Shown: piece by piece, positions 1 through 7,899 of the stretch
Numbering within the stretch: position 1 is the stretch's first letter
Layout: the number at the start of each line of letters is the position of its first letter
Origin: Halomicronema hongdechloris C2206
GTDB lineage: Bacteria; Cyanobacteriota; Cyanobacteriia; Phormidesmidales; Phormidesmidaceae
Assembly (NCBI RefSeq): GCF_002075285.3
Contig: NZ_CP021983.2
Location: 2,550,001-2,582,000 of the forward strand
Reading direction: 5' to 3'
Length of the DNA stretch: 32,000 nucleotides
Translations under genes and position numbers: made by a program
The notes under the pieces: model-generated
Seen by the model: only the letters and a program-made list of their open reading frames with translations
Databases searched by the model: none
Told to the model about the DNA's origin: nothing

Positions 1-2
1 AG

Positions 3-98
3 CCCGATGCCTTGCTGCGCATTGAGGATGCCTGCGGTGGGCAGTCTCGTGTCAGTGATGATGACTATGTCGAGGAGGCTCCGGAGCTAATCGTTTGA
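3..98 (+). pseudogene. Uma2/DUF820-family endonuclease, upstream part of a disrupted gene (truncated by window edge)
   Basis: Frame 3 reads PDALLRIEDACGGQSRVSDDDYVEEAPELIV, then TGA at 96-98. The PDxxL...APELIV pattern is the Uma2 core just before the usual E(I/V)xSxS...D..K motif. The matching continuation lies at 1353-1625. Confidence 0.5.
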
Positions 99-150
99 GG
101 ATATCGTCTCGGATGTAGTCAGCAATGTGCATAGGCAGGCAGTAAAAATT

Positions 151-456
151 TTAGCTGGCTTTTTGGTGTTGGCGTTGTTGCAGAAATTCAGCGAAATCGC
201 GCACTTCTGCGACTAGGTCGGCGGGTAGAGTACTCAGAATTTCTAAAACCCTGGCACGAATGATTTCTTGCTCTAGTTGGATATCTGAGCTTTCAAGGGT
301 GAGGACTGCGGTAGATTCGCCAATAGTGTCAATGAACTCGACTTCAAAGCCCTGACCATCGGCATAGCAGTGAACCACAGCACCTTGAGTGTTTTTTGAA
401 AGTCCGTGATCGGGTATGTCGTGGGTGAGGGTAACAACATCTAGCTCTCTAATCAC
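151..456 (-). CDS. DUF4926-like small protein with a DUF2281-like C-terminal tail
   Basis: ORF 151-525. From the GTG at 456 the product reads MIRELDVVTLTHDIPDHGLSKNTQGAVVHCYADGQGFEVEF, which fits my memory of DUF4926. AGAGG lies just upstream of the GTG. The last ~30 aa (LSTLPADLVAEVRDFAEFLQQRQ) resemble a DUF2281 antitoxin helix. ATG at 525 is the alternative start. Confidence 0.6.
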   Translation of the reverse strand: MIRELDVVTLTHDIPDHGLSKNTQGAVVHCYADGQGFEVEFIDTIGESTAVLTLESSDIQLEQEIIRARVLEILSTLPADLVAEVRDFAEFLQQRQHQKAS

Positions 457-835
457 GATGAACCTCTGAATTGGGCTTAAAGGGGCGAGCAGTAATAAAA
501 CGAGGGGAATCTGTTCCAATGTCAATGATCCAGACTGTCAGAATAGTGACGGTGCGATCGCTGGGAGTATGCAAATCACCGATGATGACATACTTGGTAC
601 CGTGAACTGCGTCTTCACCGAGCCAAAACTCGTCGGGCAGCGGATCGTCAAAATCATTGGCTATCCAATATGGGTCATCTTTGTGAAGCCCAGGAATGCG
701 TGCTCTGGGAGCAGGTTAGGGCGTTTTTTGGTGCAGGAAGGCGGTGAAGTCTAGGACTTCTTGCTGTTGGGCAGGGGTGAGGGCGCGAACTTGCTCTAGT
801 AGGGCTTGCTCTATGGTGGCCTGCTTCATACTCAT
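449..835 (-). pseudogene. DUF2281-like antitoxin interrupted by an in-frame TAA and joined to a DUF6883-like C-terminal remnant
   Basis: ATG at 835 is preceded by AGGAGG (rc of 841-846). Thirty-nine codons (MSMKQATIEQALLEQVRALTPAQQQEVLDFTAFLHQKTP) end at TAA 716-718. The same frame continues RIPGLHKDDPYWIANDFDDPLPDEFW (DUF2281 C-terminal signature), then GTKYVIIGDLHTPSDRTVTILTVWIIDIGTDSPRFITARP (DUF6883-like), with the stop at 449-451. Confidence 0.45.
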
Positions 836-1352
836 GGAATCCTCCTAGAGTGAGGGCTTCGACTCAATTATGGGACAAGTTCAGGGCTATGGATTTGCCA
901 TGGCTTCATCTTTGTGATTTTAGACATGGCCGGGAGTAGCCTGCCGCGCAGCTAACCCTCTTTACTCGGCTAGGGCTGCCATCGACCTGAAAGCCTTGTA
1001 AGTCAAGCCTCTAGGCGCTCCTTAAAGCCCCAGACCTAGAATATCTTTCACAAGGTTTACTAAAAATCACAAATTCCTCACACGAGAGTTTGGTTCATGC
1101 GTACTATTATTTTGACAGATGCTGAGTCTATAGTATCCGCCATCAGGGAAAATGCTCTATCTGCGTTACTTACGCTTACGACGGCTCTTCTTGAGTTTCT
1201 CTGGCGGGGTTTCGTAGAGCCTACGATCTATATGACAAGAAAAACGCCTAAGTAGCTGGGCTGGATCAAACTTAGAATGAGCGACTGAGGCGTAACCCTT
1301 GATCAGAGGGAGTTTGACGCTTTGTGAAGAGGATACAGTGTTTTACAGATAA

Positions 1353-1625
1353 TTGCGTTCTCCTACTTATCGCCGCAACGGAGTGCAGGAATATATTGTC
1401 TGGCAGGTCGCTGACCGCACCGTGAATTGGTTCAGCCTGCAGGGCGGGCGATATGTACTCCTGACGCCAGATGCCACTGGCATCCTAGAAAGTCGCATCT
1501 TTCCAGGATTGCGGCTGAACAGCACAGCGCTGATTGACGGCAACTTGGCTGATGCGATCGCTGATGTGCAGGCAGCCATGGCAACCGTTGCCCATCAGGA
1601 GTTTGTGCATTACCTGGCCCAGTAA
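1353..1625 (+). pseudogene. Uma2/DUF820-family endonuclease, downstream part of the disrupted gene
   Basis: YRRNGVQEYIVWQVADRTVNWFSLQGGRYVLL...SRIFPGLRLNSTAL matches the Uma2 C-terminal half (K..Y...GV.EYW.V ... fPGL.L). There is no ATG. TAA lies directly upstream at 1350-1352, and the catalytic E.xS..D..K segment is missing. Confidence 0.6.
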
Positions 1626-1692
1626 CGATCCCCGACCTGATCGCCATTGTCTCTGATCAGGGCATCCTGGTAGTGTTGCCCCGGACCAAACC

Positions 1693-2697
1693 ATGGCTGA
1701 CTCGAGTACTGAAGCCGTCTATATCATCATTCCGGTCCACAACCGCAAGACCACGACACTCACATGCCTGCAACATCTGCAGCAACAGGGCGATCTAGAG
1801 AGATTTCAAGTGGTGGTTGTCGATGATGGCTCAACCGATGGCACTAGCGAAGTCATTCATCTGCAGTATCCTCAGGTGCATCTGCTTCAAGGAGATGGCC
1901 ATCTCTGGTGGGCCGGAGCGACCAAGCTGGGTATGGAATATGCCTATGGGCAGGGGGCGGAGTATTTTGTGTGGTTGAACGACGATACGCTGCCAGAAAG
2001 CGGAACCCTCCAGAAGCTATTAGTGTTCTGTGCGGCTCATCTTCAAACCATTGCCGCCAGTCAGTGCTATTGGGGTGGTGTGTTTACCTATGGGGGGCAA
2101 GTACGGCGTCGCCTAAAACAAATCCCCCACTATGCGGCACCAGGAGACATCAGTCATTGCGACGCCTTGGATGGCAATCTAGTCTGCATACCACGCGCTG
2201 TCGTCGATGATATTGGCTATCCGCTGAGTCAACAAATCCCCCACTACGGCAGCGACAATATGTATACTTGGTTGGCTAAGCAAACAGGCTATGAGCTATC
2301 TCTTCTAGGAGATGCCATATCACAATGTCCCCGCGATCACCAATGGGTCAGTTGGCTGATAAGTCAAGAGCCCATTTGGCAACATTGGCAGGGGATGCTT
2401 TCCCCTAAGACAAACACTTATATCGTCGGCCATTGGCATTTTTGTATCCGTTACTGGGGTATTCCTGGTGTTATTCCTTTCCTAACACCCTATCTGCGAT
2501 TATTTGTGATTACAGTTCTACGCTGTTTCCTCCCTCGCCGATTGCTTTGGCTCCTCAAGTGCCAATTTGGTGGCGCAGAAAAGTCTGATCTACGCAATAC
2601 GTCATTCCGGGAAAGCGCAGCGCGATCCGGAATCCAGGGAAGTCATAATGCCACCTATCAAGATGCTATGGCTGGATCCCCGCAGCAGCGAGAATGA
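1693..2697 (+). CDS. Family 2 glycosyltransferase
   Basis: VYIIIPVHNRK...VVVVDDGSTDGT...WLNDDT is a GT-A/GT2 N-terminal fold with a DxD-like motif. The C-terminal ~35 aa are encoded by a hairpin repeat element (2598-2640). Confidence 0.85.
   Translation: MADSSTEAVYIIIPVHNRKTTTLTCLQHLQQQGDLERFQVVVVDDGSTDGTSEVIHLQYPQVHLLQGDGHLWWAGATKLGMEYAYGQGAEYFVWLNDDTLPESGTLQKLLVFCAAHLQTIAASQCYWGGVFTYGGQVRRRLKQIPHYAAPGDISHCDALDGNLVCIPRAVVDDIGYPLSQQIPHYGSDNMYTWLAKQTGYELSLLGDAISQCPRDHQWVSWLISQEPIWQHWQGMLSPKTNTYIVGHWHFCIRYWGIPGVIPFLTPYLRLFVITVLRCFLPRRLLWLLKCQFGGAEKSDLRNTSFRESAARSGIQGSHNATYQDAMAGSPQQRE
2598..2640 (+). repeat. Hairpin repeat element copy (GTCATTCCGG...CCGGAATCCAGG) inside the 3' end of the GT2 CDS
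   Basis: cgtcattccgggaaagcgcagcgcgatccggaatccaggg is about 85% identical by eye to the reverse complement of 17659-17696. Shorter relatives lie at 17593-17619. Confidence 0.55.
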
Positions 2698-2742
2698 CGA
2701 ATATGAGGCATTCCTTAGGCCGATTAGCCGGGTTTTATACAA

Positions 2743-3696
2743 ATGAGTGATCCACCTTTAGTATCCATCCTCATTAACAACTACAACTATGGGGAGTTTT
2801 TGCCTCAGGCGATTGATAGTGCCCTTCAGCAAAGCTATCCTAATCTAGAAGTAATCGTTGTAGATGATGGATCCCAGGATGACTCTGCAGCTGTCATCAA
2901 GAACTATCAAGGAAACATAATCACCGTCCTTAAGCAAAATGGCGGACAAGCGTCTGCCTTTAATGCCGGTTTTGCCGCCAGCAGCGGAGAGATTGTTTGT
3001 TTTCTAGACGCTGATGACTTTTTCCTGCCTGAGAAGGTCGAAACTATTATCCACTGGTTTCACAAGTTTCCAAACATCGGTTGGATATTTCACGAACTCG
3101 ACTATGTAGATCGAGACAGCAACCTATTATCTGTGAATAGAAAGATTGCAGATTTTGAATGTCAGCGGATTGATTTACGTCACATTCTCAGAGAGAGTGG
3201 CAAGATTCCATATTCAATTCCCTGCGCCACTTGTGGATTATGCTTGCGACGGGACGTACTGGATCAAATCTTACCAATGCCGGAATCCCGCTCGGTAACG
3301 ATTAGTGATAACTACATTAAACTTTCAGCCTTAGCCCTTTCACCAGGAATTATTTTGAGCCAGCGATTAGCCGCACAACGAATTCATGATAGAAACATAT
3401 ATACATTCCGTCCAGATGCCACTAAATTGTCTGCAGAGATCAGCCTAAAAACTGGGTATTACCTGCGTGAAAGGTTCCCTGAAATAGAAAAATTTACCGA
3501 CAAGCTCTTTGCTAAGGGATTAGGAACGATGATAGGTGCAATCGGCCTTAAGGGAGCTTTATCATTACCTGAAACCAATCGATACCTAAAGCGATTTTCA
3601 ACCTGGCAATCTCTGCTTCGAGTTATTCTGTCGCGAACCGTGTTCTATACCTTAAAGAGTAGTATGAAGAAAAATGATCCAAAGCCAGGACGATAA
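2743..3696 (+). CDS. Family 2 glycosyltransferase
   Basis: VSILINNYNYGEFLPQAIDSALQQSYPNLEVIVVDDGSQDDS...FLDADD is a classic GT2 signature. The DNA is visibly AT-richer than the rest of the cluster. Confidence 0.9.
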   Translation: MSDPPLVSILINNYNYGEFLPQAIDSALQQSYPNLEVIVVDDGSQDDSAAVIKNYQGNIITVLKQNGGQASAFNAGFAASSGEIVCFLDADDFFLPEKVETIIHWFHKFPNIGWIFHELDYVDRDSNLLSVNRKIADFECQRIDLRHILRESGKIPYSIPCATCGLCLRRDVLDQILPMPESRSVTISDNYIKLSALALSPGIILSQRLAAQRIHDRNIYTFRPDATKLSAEISLKTGYYLRERFPEIEKFTDKLFAKGLGTMIGAIGLKGALSLPETNRYLKRFSTWQSLLRVILSRTVFYTLKSSMKKNDPKPGR

Positions 3697-4867
3697 CCAG
3701 CCGACCAACGTCCTTATATACCGGGACTTGCTGTTGCCCTATTCAGAAACGTTTATCAAGAACCAAGTAATTTCTTTGACAAAATATCGAGGGATCTACG
3801 CCGGAACCCTAACTAATAAAAGTCATCCTGACCTGCTTGAAGCTGAGCAGGTGATATCACTCGATCGTATTGTTCAATTTTCCTTGCCTTGGCGACTTCT
3901 ATTTAAGTTTTTTGGCATGGTTCACCCTGATTGGATTAGAGCTATTCGGCAACAGTCGCCAGTTCTTCTTCATGCCCATTTTGGTCCTGATGCTGTTTGG
4001 GCAATGCCCTTGGCTCGACAATTAAAGTTGCCACTGCTAATCACCTTTCACGGCTACGATGCCACTCTTTCAGAGGGGTTATCTGCATTCACGAATAGGC
4101 TATATGGTCTTTACCTGAAACGTCGTAACAGTCTATTTAACCAAGCTCAAGGAGTGATCGCTGTCTCGAAATTTGTCCAAAGCCAGCTAGAAGCCAAGGG
4201 ATGTCCACCTGACAAAATATATCAGCACTATATCGGTATCGATACAGCCTATTTTTGTCCAGATCGCCAACAGCAAAGAAGCCCGATTATTTTGTTTGTA
4301 GGTCGCCTAGTGGAGAAAAAAGGCTGTTTCCCGCTCATCCAGGCTATAGCTCGAGTTCAGCAGGTGACCCCTGATATTGAGTTAATTTTGATTGGTGATG
4401 GGTCCTTGCGTTCTGCCTTGGAGACAGAGGCTACCGCTCACCTGAAGCGCTATCAGTTTCTCGGTCAGCAGCCGCCGTCGACAGTGCGTGACTGGATGAA
4501 TCGAGCCAAGGTATTGTGTGTTCCTAGTCAGCAAGCAGCTTCTGGCGATACAGAAGGGTTAGGCATGGTCTTTCTGGAAGCTCAAGCCATGGGATTACCA
4601 GTTGTGAGCTGCCGGTCTGGGGGGATTCCAGAGGCCGTAGTTCATGGGGAAACAGGGTTTTTGGTACCAGAGGGAGATGTTAACGGCTTAGCCCAGCATA
4701 TTGTGCGGCTGGTAGAGGATGCTCCTCTCTGGCAGCGGCTGAGCCATCAAGGTCGAGCCTGGGTTTGCGATCGCTTCGATCTTCAGACTCAAACTCGCAA
4801 GCTGGAAGCCATTTATGATACTGTCCTCGCCGAACATCAACGAAAGAGGTTAGGGTCGCGATGCTAG
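3674..4867 (+). CDS. Family 4 (group 1) glycosyltransferase
   Basis: C-terminal EGLGMVFLEAQAMGLPVVSCRSGGIPEAVVHGETGFLV is the GT4 E-x7-E region. The CDS overlaps the upstream gene by 23 nt. Confidence 0.9.
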   Translation: MIQSQDDNQPTNVLIYRDLLLPYSETFIKNQVISLTKYRGIYAGTLTNKSHPDLLEAEQVISLDRIVQFSLPWRLLFKFFGMVHPDWIRAIRQQSPVLLHAHFGPDAVWAMPLARQLKLPLLITFHGYDATLSEGLSAFTNRLYGLYLKRRNSLFNQAQGVIAVSKFVQSQLEAKGCPPDKIYQHYIGIDTAYFCPDRQQQRSPIILFVGRLVEKKGCFPLIQAIARVQQVTPDIELILIGDGSLRSALETEATAHLKRYQFLGQQPPSTVRDWMNRAKVLCVPSQQAASGDTEGLGMVFLEAQAMGLPVVSCRSGGIPEAVVHGETGFLVPEGDVNGLAQHIVRLVEDAPLWQRLSHQGRAWVCDRFDLQTQTRKLEAIYDTVLAEHQRKRLGSRC

Positions 4868-5775
4868 AGAAGCCTATCCATACTCCGGTTGCCCTAATTA
4901 TCTTCAATCGGCCCGAACTCACCCAAAAAGCCTTAGAGGCGATTGCCCTGGTTCAGCCGCCTGTCCTTTATGTGATTGCCGATGGACCTCGGACCGGTCA
5001 TCCAAGTGATGCTGCCGCCTGCAAGCAAACCCGTGCCCTGGTTGATCAGATTCCGTGGGATTGTCAAGTGATTAAGATCTATGCCGACAACAATCTAGGT
5101 TGTCGAGAACGAGTTTCTAGTGGACTAGATTGGGTCTTTAATCATACAGAGACTGCCATTGTCTTAGAAGACGATTGCATTGCCGATCCCACCTTCTTTC
5201 ACTTCTGTGAGCAGCTTCTCGAGCGATACCGTGATGACACTCGCGTCATGGCCATCTCAGGTGACAACTTTCAGCGTAGTCGTCAACCTCGAACTCCCTA
5301 TAGTTACTACTTCTCTCGTTATCCCCACTGCTGGGGATGGGCGACATGGCGACGAGCCTGGCAGTGCTACGACAACACTATGGCCCTATGGCCTAATATT
5401 CGAGACGGCTGCTGGTTGTATGACCTCCTGGAAAGCCGATTTGAGGTTGCTTACTGGCGTCGAGTTTTCCAAAAGGTTTATGACAATCAAATCAACAGTT
5501 GGGCCTTTCGTTGGACATTTGCCTGTTGGCTTCATTCTGGATTAGCCATTCTGCCCCGTGTCAACCTGGTCAGCAATATCGGGTTTTCATCGTACAGTAC
5601 TCACACTCGCAACCGCAGTAGCCCCTTTGCGGCTCTACCCGTTGCCGCTATGCCCTTTCCGCTGAAGCATCCTCCCTTTATGATTCGAGATGTCCAAGCT
5701 GACCGGTTTACCTACCAAACCATGTATAGCCCCTTAGTTCGAGCTCGAGCCAAACTTAGACAGTGGTTACCTTGA
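4861..5775 (+). CDS. GT-A fold glycosyltransferase (HlpA/GNT-I-like subgroup)
   Basis: VALIIFNRPELTQKALEAI...LYVIADGPR...ILEDDC...YFSRYPHCWGWATWRRAW matches my memory of this family. The start overlaps the previous stop (ATGCTAG). Confidence 0.75.
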   Translation: MLEKPIHTPVALIIFNRPELTQKALEAIALVQPPVLYVIADGPRTGHPSDAAACKQTRALVDQIPWDCQVIKIYADNNLGCRERVSSGLDWVFNHTETAIVLEDDCIADPTFFHFCEQLLERYRDDTRVMAISGDNFQRSRQPRTPYSYYFSRYPHCWGWATWRRAWQCYDNTMALWPNIRDGCWLYDLLESRFEVAYWRRVFQKVYDNQINSWAFRWTFACWLHSGLAILPRVNLVSNIGFSSYSTHTRNRSSPFAALPVAAMPFPLKHPPFMIRDVQADRFTYQTMYSPLVRARAKLRQWLP

Positions 5776-5785
5776 TTAAGATGCC

Positions 5786-6673
5786 GTGGATAGTCAAAGT
5801 GCTCGTATTAGCGGAAGCAAAGAGTCTTCGATCCTCTGCCCTATCTGTCAGAGTCGGCGGCAACGGGAGTTGTATCCCACCCATGGAGGGCAGTTAGTTC
5901 GGTGCTGTGATTGCCAGGTCGTCCTGTTTACTCCTCGCCCTAGCCAAGCTGAACTAGACCGGTACTACAATGCCCAGTCTTATTACGAGCACTATCAATC
6001 CAGCCCCATGGGGCAGGCGGTCTTTGCTCAGCATCGCTATCAGCAACTCTGCCGGGTGCTGCGGCGCTATGCTCCCTATTTACTCACGCAGCAGCCCCGC
6101 GTAATGCTGGATGTTGGCTGTGGCACGGGACAGCTGTTAGCGGTTGCCGCAACCCAGGGCTGGCAGATTCAGGGTATAGATTTATCTGCAGCTGCTGTTA
6201 AGCAGGCCCAAGAACAATTAGGCCCTGTGGTGCAGCGAGGGACGATTGCGGAGATCGCTTCATCACCTAATATCTATGATTTGATCACCTCATATCACGT
6301 GATCGAACATTTGCTCGATCCAGTTCTCTTACTCAGGCACATTTATAAAGTGCTGCGCCCTGGCGGAGCCGTTTTTATAGAAACTCCCAACATCGATAGT
6401 CTAGGAGCTCGGCTACGGGGTAACCGCTGGTCCCATATCATCCCCCCTGAGCACATTACCTATTTCAATCCCACCTCGTTGCAACGGGCTTTGCAGCAGG
6501 CAGGCTTTCAAACCATTCAGACTCTGACGATTCGTCCCCAGGTGATCGAAAGCCTGGCTCACATTCCTCTATTCCTGAAGGGCATCGCTAGCCTTGCCTA
6601 TACCGTCGCTCCATGGATGAACCTGGGAGCGTCATTGCAAGCGATCGCACTGAAACCTAGTTGTCATGGCTAG
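5786..6673 (+). CDS. Class I SAM-dependent methyltransferase with N-terminal Cys4 zinc-ribbon
   Basis: GTG start. CPICQS...CCDCQ is followed by the LDVGCGTGQLL SAM-binding motif I and LRPGGAVFIETPN. Confidence 0.85.
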   Translation: MDSQSARISGSKESSILCPICQSRRQRELYPTHGGQLVRCCDCQVVLFTPRPSQAELDRYYNAQSYYEHYQSSPMGQAVFAQHRYQQLCRVLRRYAPYLLTQQPRVMLDVGCGTGQLLAVAATQGWQIQGIDLSAAAVKQAQEQLGPVVQRGTIAEIASSPNIYDLITSYHVIEHLLDPVLLLRHIYKVLRPGGAVFIETPNIDSLGARLRGNRWSHIIPPEHITYFNPTSLQRALQQAGFQTIQTLTIRPQVIESLAHIPLFLKGIASLAYTVAPWMNLGASLQAIALKPSCHG

Positions 6674-6676
6674 CCT

Positions 6677-7858
6677 ATGAGACTGCTCTACACGCTCACC
6701 AGCTATCGACCAGCTCTGGGCGGCGCCCAAATTCACACTCACCTACTGGCCCAACACCTGGCCGAGCACCATGCTGTGCAAGCAGTCTGCCATTGGGATC
6801 ATAACCGCAGCGATTGGCTCTTGGGCACTACCCTGAGACAACCACCTGCCCGCGACTATGAGATCGACACCATTTCTGTCCATCGACTCGGCTTCAGCTG
6901 GACAGAAAAGCTGCGCATGGCCATCTGGTTGCCCCTCTATTACCCTCTGATGCAAGTAGCCTTGCCTCCCATTGCTGGTGAGGTGGCCCGCCATCTGCAC
7001 CCCTTGGCCCAATCCGCCGATCTCATCCACAATGTGCGCATTGGCCGCGAGGGGCTGAGCTATGCCTCCTGGCAAACCGCCTGTCAGTACGATATTCCCT
7101 TTGTGTTTACCCCCGTCCATCATCCCCGTTGGGTAGGGTGGCGTTATCGCGCCTACATTGAGCTTTACCGCCGCGCCGATGCGGTCATTGCCCTCACCCC
7201 CAGTGAAAAAAGTACCCTCATCGACCTGGGGGTGGCCCCAGATCACATTCATGTCACCGGCATTGGTCCGGTGCTGGCAGAGCAAGCCGATGCTCAGCGG
7301 TTTCGCCGCCAGTATGGATTGGAGGCTCCCATGGTGCTGTTTCTGGGCCAGCATTATCCCTACAAGGGCTTCCGCCAGCTGCTAGAGGCGGCTCCCCTGG
7401 TCTGGCAGCACCACAGCGATACTCAATTTGTCTTCATCGGCCCGCCGGTTAAGGACTCTGACCAGGTGTTTCTCGCCTATACCGACTCCCGCATCCATCA
7501 CCTGGGGCCGGTGGATCTGCAGGCGAAGACTGATGCTCTGGCAGCTTGTGATCTGCTCTGTGTGCCCTCTAGCCAGGAGAGCTTCGGCGGCGTCTTTACC
7601 GAGGCCTGGAGCCTGGGCAAGCCAGTGGTTGGGGGCCGCATCCCGGCAGTGGCGGATGTGGTGTATGAGGGGACGGATGGGTTTTTAGTGGCCCAAGATC
7701 CCGATCAAATTGCTGAGAGGATCTGTTATCTGCTGGCCTATCCGGAGCGGGCTCAGGCTATGGGCCAGGCGGGCCAGGCTAAGGTGCAGCAGCACTATAC
7801 TTGGCCAACCTTGGCCCAGAAAACGGAGCAGGTTTATCGGGCGGTACTGGGTATTTAG
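6677..7858 (+). CDS. Family 4 (group 1) glycosyltransferase
   Basis: ESFGGVFTEAWSLGKPVVGGRIPAVADVVYEGTDGFLV is the GT4 E-x7-E region. The CDS starts 3 nt after the previous stop. Confidence 0.9.
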   Translation: MRLLYTLTSYRPALGGAQIHTHLLAQHLAEHHAVQAVCHWDHNRSDWLLGTTLRQPPARDYEIDTISVHRLGFSWTEKLRMAIWLPLYYPLMQVALPPIAGEVARHLHPLAQSADLIHNVRIGREGLSYASWQTACQYDIPFVFTPVHHPRWVGWRYRAYIELYRRADAVIALTPSEKSTLIDLGVAPDHIHVTGIGPVLAEQADAQRFRRQYGLEAPMVLFLGQHYPYKGFRQLLEAAPLVWQHHSDTQFVFIGPPVKDSDQVFLAYTDSRIHHLGPVDLQAKTDALAACDLLCVPSSQESFGGVFTEAWSLGKPVVGGRIPAVADVVYEGTDGFLVAQDPDQIAERICYLLAYPERAQAMGQAGQAKVQQHYTWPTLAQKTEQVYRAVLGI

Positions 7859-7899
7859 GGGCAGGCCTAGAATAGAACTATTCCCTCCGGTTATATCAG

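Noticed and set aside
569-754. Plus-strand 61-aa ORF.
   Set aside because: It is antisense to the DUF2281/DUF6883-like reading frame, which carries recognisable motifs and a strong RBS. The ORF itself has no motif.
1367-1694. Three minus-strand ORFs antisense to the Uma2 3' fragment.
   Set aside because: The plus-strand frame carries the clear Uma2 C-terminal motifs. The antisense products are Arg/Cys/Ser-rich with no signatures.
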